Assembly: GCA_030612885.1 (NCBI GenBank)
Contig: JAUWMZ010000002.1
Location: 5,834-69,833, forward strand
Length of the DNA: 64,000 bases
DNA from: Candidatus Nealsonbacteria bacterium
Lineage (GTDB): Bacteria > Patescibacteriota > Minisyncoccia > Minisyncoccales > JAGMDC01
Reading direction: 5' to 3'
Part shown: positions 55,326 through 64,000 of the stretch, in pieces
How the letters are laid out: every line of letters begins with the position of its first letter
How positions within the stretch are numbered: position 1 is the stretch's first letter
Made by a program: the position numbers and the translations under genes
Notes under the pieces: generated by a model
Database searches by the model: none
What the model was told of the DNA's origin: nothing
Seen by the model: only the letters and a program-made list of their open reading frames with translations

Positions 55326-56158
55326 AAGAAATAAAAAAGCCAAAAATATCTGTTATAATGTCGGTTTTCAACGGAGAGGACTATCTCAAAGAATCAATAG
55401 AAAGTATTTTAGAGCAGACCTACAGAGATTTTGAATTTATTATTATTGATGATGGTTCTAATAATGAAACAAAAGAAATCTTAAAAAACTTTCTCAAGAA
55501 AGATTCCCGGATTAAAATAATTACTAATAAAAAAAATATTGGCTTAACTAAATCTCTTAATAAAGCTTTAAAAATAACTAAATGTAAATATATTGCCCGT
55601 CAGGATGGAGATGATGTTTCTTTACCTCAACGGCTGGAAAAACAAATTGAATTTTTAGAGAACAATCCAAAAATTAAAATTTTAGGAAGTTTTGGCTATG
55701 GTATAAATCAAAAAGGAGAGATTTTAAGAAAAGAAATTCCGCCTACTTTTTTTCAAGAAGTAAAAAAAAATCTTATCAAAAAGAACCCCTTTATACATAC
55801 TTCAGTGATAGTAGAGAGAGAAACTTTGAATAGGGTTGGATCATATAATGAGAGATTTGAGACCACCCAAGATTATGAATTATGGTTTAGGGTTTTAAAA
55901 ATTGCCAAAGGAGAAAATTTGCCTTTGTTTTTAGTAAAGAAGAGATATTTATCTAAAATGGTTTCTCTTGAGAAAGAGAAAACTCAGCTGAAATATACCC
56001 TTTTTCTTCAAAAACAAGCGATAAAAAGAGGGGATTATTCAAAACTTTGTTATTTTTATCTTTTAAGGCCTTATCTTTCTTTAAAATGCCCCTTGTTTTT
56101 TAAAAAATTTTTAAGAAATTATTTGCTAAAAAGTAAAAATGTTTTTAAAAAAATATAG
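55322..56158 (+). CDS. Glycosyltransferase family 2
   Basis: ISVIMSVFNGEDYLKESIESILEQTYRDFEFIIIDDGSNNET ... RQDGDDV. Confidence 0.8.
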   Translation: MKEIKKPKISVIMSVFNGEDYLKESIESILEQTYRDFEFIIIDDGSNNETKEILKNFLKKDSRIKIITNKKNIGLTKSLNKALKITKCKYIARQDGDDVSLPQRLEKQIEFLENNPKIKILGSFGYGINQKGEILRKEIPPTFFQEVKKNLIKKNPFIHTSVIVERETLNRVGSYNERFETTQDYELWFRVLKIAKGENLPLFLVKKRYLSKMVSLEKEKTQLKYTLFLQKQAIKRGDYSKLCYFYLLRPYLSLKCPLFFKKFLRNYLLKSKNVFKKI

Positions 56159-57044
56159 TAATTTAATTTTAATTATTTTTTTTGTTTTTCTGATTAATAT
56201 GGCTACTTTAGTTCATATAAAAAATACTGAATTTCCTTTTATTAGTTTTTTTCATAAAGAAACAGTAAATGATTTTAATTTCAATGAATTAAATTTTAAA
56301 GTATCTCTTAGTCAAGAATTTAAGGAAAGAGTGTCTAATGATTTAGGCCCGGTTTTGCAAGATAAAAAAGATGTATTTTTTATTTCGTCTGTTTTAGCAA
56401 AGTATGTCCGCTCCCATTTATTTCATAAGAGCAATACAATTCATAATGTAGATGAAATTCTAGAGAGTCCTGATGAACATCCGGCAATTTGCTCTGGTTA
56501 TTCTAAATTTTTGGTCTCTCTTGCCCAAGCAATGGGATATGAAGCCAGGGTTATATGGTTAAACGGTCATACCGTAAGCGAGATATATTTTCCTGAATAT
56601 GGTTGGGTTTTAGTTGATACTAGTGGTAATTTAATATTTCAAGATAAAGATGGAAAATATGTTAGTTTGCTTTATGTCGTTGAACACTTTGAAGATGTGA
56701 TTCCCAAAAGACTTGTTGTTGAATCTCAACAAAGTAATATCTCTTCTAATGGTTATATTGTCTTTGATGATAATGATGTGATTGTAGTAATTGAGGGACC
56801 TCGACTTTTTGATTTTGATATCAGGACCAAATCTCCTAAAGTTTTAATCAATTATATTTTAGGAAAAGAAGATGTTGCACAAGGTATCCAATATACAGCT
56901 GGAGGAAGAGAAAGATTGGGTAATTATAGAATCTCTGTTATTGCATTAATTATTTTTGATTTTTTTGCTTTCATATTTTTTATTTGTTATTTATTTCTGC
57001 GGCGAGAATACCCCGCCGCTTGCGGCGGGGATGAAAGCCGTTGA
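56139..57044 (+). CDS. Membrane-anchored transglutaminase-like (Cys-His-Asp) superfamily protein
   Basis: N-terminal TM. AICSGYS (Cys), GHTVSEIY (His), VLVDTSGN (Asp). Confidence 0.55.
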   Translation: MFLKKYSNLILIIFFVFLINMATLVHIKNTEFPFISFFHKETVNDFNFNELNFKVSLSQEFKERVSNDLGPVLQDKKDVFFISSVLAKYVRSHLFHKSNTIHNVDEILESPDEHPAICSGYSKFLVSLAQAMGYEARVIWLNGHTVSEIYFPEYGWVLVDTSGNLIFQDKDGKYVSLLYVVEHFEDVIPKRLVVESQQSNISSNGYIVFDDNDVIVVIEGPRLFDFDIRTKSPKVLINYILGKEDVAQGIQYTAGGRERLGNYRISVIALIIFDFFAFIFFICYLFLRREYPAACGGDESR

Positions 57045-57100
57045 AAGAACTTGCCCGAAGGCCTGCCTGCCGGTAGGCAGGGATACCTCTTTTGTCCTTT
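57011..57100 (+). terminator. Two GC-rich hairpins (CCCCGCCGC-tt-GCGGCGGGG; CCTGCC-tgccggta-GGCAGG) followed by a T-rich tract
   Basis: Located in otherwise AT-rich DNA. The first hairpin overlaps the last codons of the transglutaminase-like ORF; the second is followed by CTCTTTTGTCCTTT. Confidence 0.45.
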
Positions 57101-57141
57101 AGGGTAGGGTAGTTCATATTTATTAAGAAATAAAAAAAATT

Positions 57142-59070
57142 ATGTGTGGAATCGTTGGAATTTGGGATTACAGGAATAGAATATCCAGAGAGATTTTAGA
57201 GAAGATGCGAAATAAATTAGCTCATCGAGGGTCAGATGATGCTGGTATTTTTATTGATGAAAAGACCAATATTGGTTTGGGCCATCAGCGGCTTTCCATT
57301 ATTGATTTGTCTCCTTTAGGTCATCAACCAATGGCGAATGATGACAAAAGTTTATGGATTGTTCTTAACGGCGAGATTTATAATTTTAAAGAAATTAGAA
57401 AAGAATTAGAAAACAAAGGATACAGATTCAAAAGCAACTCTGATACAGAGATTATTTTAAAATCATATCAGGAATGGGGGAAAGAAGCAGTCAATAAATT
57501 TAGGGGAATGTTTTCCTTTGCTATTTTAGATAAAAAAAAAGAGAAATTAATTCTTTGCCGGGACAGAGCCGGTGTCAAACCTCTTTATTATTATTTTGAT
57601 GGAAATTTATTTATATTTGCTTCAGAAATTAAAGCAATAATTTCCCATCCAAAAGTTAAAAAAGAAATCAATTTTGATGCCTTGGCTTTATTTTTAGAGT
57701 TCGGTTATATTCCGGAGCCGCATTCAATTTTTAAAAATATTTATAAGTTAGAACCCGGTCATTTTCTTGAAATAGATAAAAATAAGAAGATTAAAAAAGA
57801 AAAATATTGGGATGTAATTGATTTTTATTTAAAAGGATTTGAGGAAAAAAATAATGGTAAGGATTTTAAAGAGACAGAAGTTGAAGAAGAATTGGAAAGA
57901 ATTTTGATTGATTCTTTCAAGTTAAGGTTAGTTTCTGATGTTCCAGTAGGAATTTTTTTAAGCGGTGGAATAGATTCCACATTGGTTACTGCTCTGCTTG
58001 CTAAAAATACTGATTATTTATTAAAAACCTTTACAATAGGTTTTCAAGAAAAAGAGTATAACGAAGCTATATATGCTAAAAAAATTGCTCAATATTTTGG
58101 CACTGAACATTATGAAATGTTCTGCACTCAAAAAGATGCTTTAGATATTATCCCTAAATTATCTGAAATTTATGATGAGCCGTTTGGTGACAGTTCAGCA
58201 ATCCCGACTTATTTACTTTCAAAATTTGTTAGGAATCAAGTAAAAGTTTCTTTGTCTGCTGATGCCGGGGATGAGATTTTTTGCGGATATAATCATTATC
58301 AACAAATTAATAATATTTTTCAGAAGATTAACAGAATACCTTCCTCTGCTTTATTTTTGGGTAAAAAGAGTATTCAATTATTAAGTCCTGGATTATTAGC
58401 AAGTATAATTAAACCAATTACCAAGTATTCCAATCTCCAAAACAAGATTAGAAAGATAGAAAGAGTTTTAGACAAAAAAGACAATTTAAAAGAGGTTTTT
58501 ACAACTATTGATAGCTATTGGTTAAAAGATGAGATTGTAAGTTTACTTTTAAATGATTTCTCTTTTCCTAAAACTTTTTTTGATGAATTTGAAAGAGTAA
58601 AAAATTTAGACCCTATAACTCAAATGCAAGCTATTGATTATAAGACCTATCTTTGTAGTGATATTTTAACAAAAGTTGACAGGGCAACAATGGCAGCAGG
58701 CCTTGAAGGCAGGGAGCCATTTTTAGATCAAAATATTATTGAATACACGGCCAAATTACCCTTGAAATTTAAATATCAGAATGGGTATAATAAATACATT
58801 TTAAGGAAGGTTTTAGACAAATATCTACCCAAAGAATTGTTTGAGAAACCAAAAAGAGGATTTGTTGTTCCGATGAATGTTTGGTTTAGAGATAAATTAA
58901 AGCCATTATTAAAAGAATATTTAAATCCTAAAAAAATAAAACAAGAAGAGATATTCAACAGCAATCTTATAGAAAAAGAATTAAACGATTTCTTTTCTAA
59001 TAAATCAGTTGACATTACTCGTTTATGGTTAGTTTTAACATTTGAGATGTGGAAAGAAAAATGGGTATAA
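57142..59070 (+). CDS. asnB: Asparagine synthetase (glutamine-hydrolysing), AsnB-type amidotransferase
   Basis: N-terminal MCGIVGIW (Ntn Cys) and the PP-loop SGGIDS. Confidence 0.85.
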   Translation: MCGIVGIWDYRNRISREILEKMRNKLAHRGSDDAGIFIDEKTNIGLGHQRLSIIDLSPLGHQPMANDDKSLWIVLNGEIYNFKEIRKELENKGYRFKSNSDTEIILKSYQEWGKEAVNKFRGMFSFAILDKKKEKLILCRDRAGVKPLYYYFDGNLFIFASEIKAIISHPKVKKEINFDALALFLEFGYIPEPHSIFKNIYKLEPGHFLEIDKNKKIKKEKYWDVIDFYLKGFEEKNNGKDFKETEVEEELERILIDSFKLRLVSDVPVGIFLSGGIDSTLVTALLAKNTDYLLKTFTIGFQEKEYNEAIYAKKIAQYFGTEHYEMFCTQKDALDIIPKLSEIYDEPFGDSSAIPTYLLSKFVRNQVKVSLSADAGDEIFCGYNHYQQINNIFQKINRIPSSALFLGKKSIQLLSPGLLASIIKPITKYSNLQNKIRKIERVLDKKDNLKEVFTTIDSYWLKDEIVSLLLNDFSFPKTFFDEFERVKNLDPITQMQAIDYKTYLCSDILTKVDRATMAAGLEGREPFLDQNIIEYTAKLPLKFKYQNGYNKYILRKVLDKYLPKELFEKPKRGFVVPMNVWFRDKLKPLLKEYLNPKKIKQEEIFNSNLIEKELNDFFSNKSVDITRLWLVLTFEMWKEKWV

Positions 59071-59074
59071 AAAA

Positions 59075-60196
59075 ATGGAAAAAATAGCTTTTTTAATCAA
59101 TTCAATGGCAGGAGGTGGAGCAGAAAGAGTTTTGACTATATTATTAAAGAATTTGTCGCGAGAGAACAGAGAGTTTTTTCTAATAGTTTTAGAAGATAAG
59201 TTTAGTTATGAAATTCCAAAAGATATAAAAATAATCAAACTTTTTTCTAATTTGAAAGGTAATTTTAAAAAATTATTTGCCATATTTTTAGCAGCAGTAA
59301 AATTGAGAAAAATTATTAAGGAGAACCAAATTAATATTGTAATGAGTTTTTTAGAAAGAAGTAATTACATAAATATTTTAGCTAAAAATTATAGTTCTTC
59401 CCATAAGGTTTATATTAGCGAAAGAGCTAATCCCTTGAAATATTACTCAGGCAAAAATCCAAAATCAATTTTTAACTTATTTGCAATCAAAAGATTATAT
59501 AAAAAAGCTGACTTAATAATCCCAAATTCTTTAGGTGTTAAAGAAAGCCTAATTAAGGATTTTTCTATTAATCCAAAAAAAATTAAAGTAATCTACAATC
59601 CTATTAATATAAAAGAAATTCAAACTTTTTCCCAAAAGCCGTTAGAACCAGAGTATCAAAAAATATTTAAATGTTCTATAATTATTAATGTGGGTCGACT
59701 TATTAAAGAAAAGGGGCAAGAATACCTAATAGAAGCTTTTAAGGAGGTAAAAAAAGAGATTCCCAAAGCCAAGCTTTTAATTTTAGGAACAGGAGAACTG
59801 GAAAGCTATCTTAAAGATTTGACTAAAAAACTATGTTTAGAAAATGATGTTTTGTTTTTGGGGTGGCAAAAAAATCCTTTTAAATTTTTAACCCGGGCAA
59901 AAGTTTTTGTTCTTTCTTCTTTGACAGAAGGTTTTCCTAATTCCTTAATTGAAGCAATGGCTTGCGGAGTGCCGGTGGTTTCAACAAGCTGTCCTTCAGG
60001 ACCAAATGAAATTATTAAAAATAGAGAAAATGGAATTTTAGTTCCAGTAGCCGATGAACAAGCTTTAGCCAGGGCAATCATTGAACTTTTAAATGATTTT
60101 TCTCTAAGAAAAAGATTTTCTCAAGAAGAAAAAAGGCGGATTCAAGATTTTTCAGTAAAAAATATTATTTATCAATATGAACAACTCTTTTCTTAA
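59075..60196 (+). CDS. Glycosyltransferase family 4
   Basis: EGFPNSLIEAMACGVPVVST. Start at the internal ATG (ORF track 59042). Confidence 0.75.
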   Translation: MEKIAFLINSMAGGGAERVLTILLKNLSRENREFFLIVLEDKFSYEIPKDIKIIKLFSNLKGNFKKLFAIFLAAVKLRKIIKENQINIVMSFLERSNYINILAKNYSSSHKVYISERANPLKYYSGKNPKSIFNLFAIKRLYKKADLIIPNSLGVKESLIKDFSINPKKIKVIYNPINIKEIQTFSQKPLEPEYQKIFKCSIIINVGRLIKEKGQEYLIEAFKEVKKEIPKAKLLILGTGELESYLKDLTKKLCLENDVLFLGWQKNPFKFLTRAKVFVLSSLTEGFPNSLIEAMACGVPVVSTSCPSGPNEIIKNRENGILVPVADEQALARAIIELLNDFSLRKRFSQEEKRRIQDFSVKNIIYQYEQLFS

Positions 60197-61583
60197 AAAA
60201 TATTATATTCCTATTATTATAATTTCCATTATTTCACTGGGAATAATTGCTGTTTTAGATGAAGTTCTGGCAGTAGGGTTTATTCTTTTGGGTTTTCTAA
60301 CAGGGATTACTTTCCTTATTCTTTCTAAGTTCGGGTTCAAAAACAGAACCCTGTATTTACTTTTATTAATTGTCTTGGTAATTCATCTTGGCGCGGCTTT
60401 ATTTATTCATTATGCTGATTTTCAACCCTTTGGTACAGGAGGGGGAGATTTTACAAGTTATCATAAGATGGCAATAGAGATGTCTCAAGGTTTTAAGCAG
60501 GGAAGTTTTTCATTAGAAGGATTAGAAGTTTCCCATTATTATCCAGTTATTATAGGAATTATATATACTTTTACTTTACCAGAAATGCTAATTGGTCAAT
60601 TATTTGGAGTTTGGTTAGTAGTTCTCGGAGTTCTATTTACATATTTAATAATTATTGAAATTGGTGGCTCAAAAAAATGGGCTTTTTTAATTGGACTAAT
60701 TGTCAGTGTTTATCCAAGTTATCTTTTTTACGGTAGTTTATTGCTTAAGGATGCTTTAGTTGTTTCTTTAGCTTTAGCTGGATTATTGTTTTGTCTGAAA
60801 TTAATTAAAAATTTTTCATGGAGAAACTTCTTAGTTTTTTATATAATTTTAGCTGGTTTAATTCATTTTCGCTTTTATATTGGTTATGCCTTGCTTTTTA
60901 CTTTTATTTTATGCTGGTTGTTAACTTCTAATTTAAACTTAAGAAAAAGGGTTGTTTATGCTATTATTATTATTCCCCTTTTAGGATTTTTACCACAAAT
61001 TTCAGCAAACCAAGGATTTTTTGGCATAGATTCTTTTAAGGGATTCCTTAATCATGAAGTTCTTACTTTTTATCAAGAAAAAGCTTATAGTCCTCCACCT
61101 CAAGATTCTTCTTTAGAGAGTCAGGATTTATCAATATCTCCAGATTCTTCATTTTCAGATTCTTTTTACGATTCCAATCTCTTAATCAATGATTATCCAA
61201 AAGGGTATGCTTCTACTTGGGAAAAGAGAAAAATAAGTTTTGAGGAAAACCCTTTTAAATTTTTAGTAAATTACTTAAAATATTTTAGCTATATTTCATT
61301 AGGGCCTTTTCCTTGGCAGATGAAATATACTCGGCATTTGTTTGCTTTGTTTGAGACAATACCATTGTTTTTTTTGCTTTTTTTTATTATTAGAGGAATT
61401 ATACAATCTATTAGATGCCGTAATAAACTTATTATTCCATTAATACTTTTTAGTTTTATAGTTCTGTTAGTTATGACCGTCTTTTTTAACAACTATGGAA
61501 TTATTACCAGGATTCGCATTCCTGCTTTTATATCTCTTTTGTGTTTAATTCCATTTGGCTTTAAAAAATATGGAGAAAACTAA
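60177..61583 (+). CDS. Polytopic membrane protein, possible polysaccharide polymerase/Wzy-like
   Basis: More than 10 TM helices and a periplasmic loop. No firm motif. Confidence 0.45.
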   Translation: MNNSFLKKYYIPIIIISIISLGIIAVLDEVLAVGFILLGFLTGITFLILSKFGFKNRTLYLLLLIVLVIHLGAALFIHYADFQPFGTGGGDFTSYHKMAIEMSQGFKQGSFSLEGLEVSHYYPVIIGIIYTFTLPEMLIGQLFGVWLVVLGVLFTYLIIIEIGGSKKWAFLIGLIVSVYPSYLFYGSLLLKDALVVSLALAGLLFCLKLIKNFSWRNFLVFYIILAGLIHFRFYIGYALLFTFILCWLLTSNLNLRKRVVYAIIIIPLLGFLPQISANQGFFGIDSFKGFLNHEVLTFYQEKAYSPPPQDSSLESQDLSISPDSSFSDSFYDSNLLINDYPKGYASTWEKRKISFEENPFKFLVNYLKYFSYISLGPFPWQMKYTRHLFALFETIPLFFLLFFIIRGIIQSIRCRNKLIIPLILFSFIVLLVMTVFFNNYGIITRIRIPAFISLLCLIPFGFKKYGEN

Positions 61584-62994
61584 AATATTTATCATAGGTG
61601 CTGGTGAGGCGGCTAAAAAATTGCTTAGAGAGATTAAGTCCAATCATTTAAAATATGATGTTGCTGCTTTTATTGATGATGATAAAAAAAAGATAAATAA
61701 AAAAATTCAAGGCATAAAAATACTTGGTCTAATATCAGAACTTCCTGATTTAATTAAGCAATACCAGATAAAAGAGATATTTATAGCTATACCTTCAGCT
61801 GAAAGCCAGTTAATAAGAAAAATACTTCAGATTTCTCAAAAAGAAAATGTAAAATCTAAAATTATTCCCAGAACCATAGATATTATCAGGGGTTTAGTCA
61901 GCTTTGAACAGGTGAGGGAAATTAAACCCCAGGATTTATTGGGCCGTCCAGTAGTAAAGCATGATTTGAAAGTTGCTTCTCAAAAGTTAAGAAATAGAGT
62001 AATTTTAATTACTGGAGCTGCTGGCTCTATAGGTTCTGAACTGAGCAAGCAAATGGCTATATTAAGGCCCAAAAAGCTTATTTGTTTTGATTGGTGGGAA
62101 AATGGAATTTTTTATTTAGAAGATAAACTAAAGGTTTATGGTTATCCCAATATTGAATATGTAATTGGAAATATTCAAGATAAGAAAAAAATAGAGCAGA
62201 TTATTAGAAAGTATAAGCCAGACGTAATATTTCATGCCGCTGCTTATAAGCATGTGCCTTTAATGGAGAATAATATCTCTGAAGCTGTTAAGAATAATAT
62301 AATGGGGACAGAGAACTTGGCTGAAGCGGCAATAAAATATAAGATAAAAGATTTTATTTTGATTTCTACCGACAAAGCTATTAACCCCTCAAGCGTGATG
62401 GGAGCTACTAAGAGAGTGACAGAAAAATTAATGTATATATATGCTGATGCCCGCCAAAAAGCAACAAGGTTTACAGCAGTGAGGTTTGGTAATGTTTTAG
62501 CCAGTAATGGCAGTGTGGTGCCGTTTTTTGAAAAACAAATAAAAGAAGGAGGACCAGTCACTATTACTCATTCTGATATGGTTAGATATTTTATGAGTAT
62601 AGAAGAGGCTGTCCAGCTTATCATTCAATCCTGGGCCCTTGGTAAAAATGGAGAAATTTTTATTTTAGATATGGGTGAGCCGGTTAATGTAAAGAATTTA
62701 GCCCATCATCTTATTAGAGCTTATGGACATATACCAAACAAAGATATCAAAATTAAATTCATTGGTTCCAGGCCAGGAGAAAAATTATTTGAGGAAATTC
62801 TGTTAAATAAAGAAAAAGCTATTAAAACCAGGCATCCAAAGATATTTGTGGTTCAAAAAGAAGAAAAATTTAATTATGATAAATTTTTAGATAATTTAAC
62901 AAGGCTGAAAAATACTATTAATAAAGACAAGATAAATCAAAAAGAGCTTTTAAATTATCTTAAAAAACTGGTTCCTAATTTTAAGCATCAATAA
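61570..62994 (+). CDS. CapD/PglF/WbpM-type NDP-sugar 4,6-dehydratase/epimerase
   Basis: LITGAAGSIGSEL, the catalytic MGATKR ... E, and an N-terminal Rossmann domain. Confidence 0.75.
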   Translation: MEKTKIFIIGAGEAAKKLLREIKSNHLKYDVAAFIDDDKKKINKKIQGIKILGLISELPDLIKQYQIKEIFIAIPSAESQLIRKILQISQKENVKSKIIPRTIDIIRGLVSFEQVREIKPQDLLGRPVVKHDLKVASQKLRNRVILITGAAGSIGSELSKQMAILRPKKLICFDWWENGIFYLEDKLKVYGYPNIEYVIGNIQDKKKIEQIIRKYKPDVIFHAAAYKHVPLMENNISEAVKNNIMGTENLAEAAIKYKIKDFILISTDKAINPSSVMGATKRVTEKLMYIYADARQKATRFTAVRFGNVLASNGSVVPFFEKQIKEGGPVTITHSDMVRYFMSIEEAVQLIIQSWALGKNGEIFILDMGEPVNVKNLAHHLIRAYGHIPNKDIKIKFIGSRPGEKLFEEILLNKEKAIKTRHPKIFVVQKEEKFNYDKFLDNLTRLKNTINKDKINQKELLNYLKKLVPNFKHQ

Positions 62995-62999
62995 TTTCT

Positions 63000-63938
63000 A
63001 TGACTAATTCAAAAAAAACAATTTTAGTTATTGGCGGTGCCGGTTTTATCGGCTCCCATCTTTCAGAAGCTTTTTTAAACTTAGGCCATAGGGTTATTGT
63101 TATAGATAATTTTTCTACCAGCGCCATAAAAAAAATTGGGAAGACGCTTAAAATTTATAAAACAGATATTGAAAATATTAATAAAGTTAGGAAAATTTTC
63201 AAAAAAGAAAAGCCGGATATTGTTTATCATTTGGCCGGTGCTATAAATTTAAGGCGGCAAATTACAGATCCATTATTTATAAATAGTTTGAATTTTTTAG
63301 AAAGAACCAAAATAATTTTAGATTGTTGTAAGGAAAATAAAGTTAAAAAATTTATTTTTCTTTCCAGCGGAGGAGCAATTTATGATAACGCCAAGATTAT
63401 TCCTACTCCAGAAAATTATCCAGCCCATCCAACTTCTTTATATGGTTTGGCAAACTTAATGATTGAAGAATATATAAAACTTTATGACAAAGAGCATAGA
63501 TTAGATTATACTATTTTACGTTTGAGTAATGTTTATGGTCCCAGACAATGGAAAACAGGGATTATTCCTTCCATTATCATTAAACTTTTAAAAAAGGAAA
63601 AACCAATTATTTATGGTGATGGTAATCAATCAATAGATTTTGTTTATATTAATGATGTAATTAGTGCTTGTATTTTAACTATAAGCAAAGGAAAAAAAGA
63701 AATTTATAATGTTGGCAGCGGTAAAGATGTTTCTATTAATAAGATTTTTAGTATGATCAAAGAAATACTTAATCTAAAAATCAAACCAAAATATAAAAAA
63801 TCAACAAAAGAAGAATCAAGGAAAAGTGCTTTAGATATTAGAAAAATTAAAAAAGAACTTGGTTGGCAATCTAAAACAAGTTTTAAAGAAGGTTTATTAA
63901 GGACAATTGAAAGGTTCAAGCAAACCAGCCCTTTTTAA
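63000..63938 (+). CDS. NAD-dependent epimerase/dehydratase family SDR (catalytic Lys apparently replaced)
   Basis: GGAGFIGSHL. The Y-x3-K position reads YGLAN. Confidence 0.65.
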   Translation: MTNSKKTILVIGGAGFIGSHLSEAFLNLGHRVIVIDNFSTSAIKKIGKTLKIYKTDIENINKVRKIFKKEKPDIVYHLAGAINLRRQITDPLFINSLNFLERTKIILDCCKENKVKKFIFLSSGGAIYDNAKIIPTPENYPAHPTSLYGLANLMIEEYIKLYDKEHRLDYTILRLSNVYGPRQWKTGIIPSIIIKLLKKEKPIIYGDGNQSIDFVYINDVISACILTISKGKKEIYNVGSGKDVSINKIFSMIKEILNLKIKPKYKKSTKEESRKSALDIRKIKKELGWQSKTSFKEGLLRTIERFKQTSPF

Positions 63939-64000
63939 CTCTTTGTCTTTTTTTTACTTTAGGTTTAGATAAAAAATTTTAATCATTTTTTAGTTAGCAA

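Noticed and set aside
57011-57037. CRISPR array
   Set aside because: Only one repeat-like GC hairpin is present, with no repeat-spacer periodicity and no cas genes in the window. It is reported only as a solitary hairpin.

Overview
This 64-kb window is AT-rich bacterial DNA, almost all coding on the + strand, and most genes can be assigned from sequence motifs. By inference only, the gene content (intein-containing class III RNR, ComEC, giant Thr/Ser-rich surface protein, many TPR and surface proteins, Shine-Dalgarno-type AGGAGGTG RBSs) fits a small-genome Patescibacteria/CPR-like organism. The gene order from the left is: a surface protein; a CDF metal transporter fused to a NifX/NafY-like domain; a DUF92 membrane protein; pyrimidine genes (DHOD-like, pyrF, pyrE-like) interrupted by a REP-associated tyrosine transposase (RAYT) whose 23-29 bp palindromic REPs recur elsewhere in the window; a radical-SAM enzyme; anaerobic RNR nrdD carrying a 433-aa LAGLIDADG intein, and nrdG; comEC; a GH1 / membrane / GH5-like / processive GT2 (QxxRW) beta-glycan cluster; htrA; an ambiguous ~1 kb structured region; clpB; an R-M island (Vsr, two C5-cytosine MTases, HNH endonuclease) bracketed by related hairpins and a tRNA 3'-fragment; orphan genes; an ECF sigma / anti-sigma pair followed by a 1278-aa surface protein behind a helically phased repeat array; TPR and secreted proteins; an O-antigen-ligase/TPR membrane protein (minus strand) with an in-frame REP; a small YraN / excisionase-HTH / Zn-ribbon cassette flanked by 28-bp direct repeats; and a ~19 kb glycan-biosynthesis locus (epimerases, dehydrogenase, GT4/GT2/CgeB-like GTs, FkbM and SAM methyltransferases, Wzx-like flippase, wecB, asnB, CapD). 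No rRNA gene, no intact tRNA and no CRISPR array were found.
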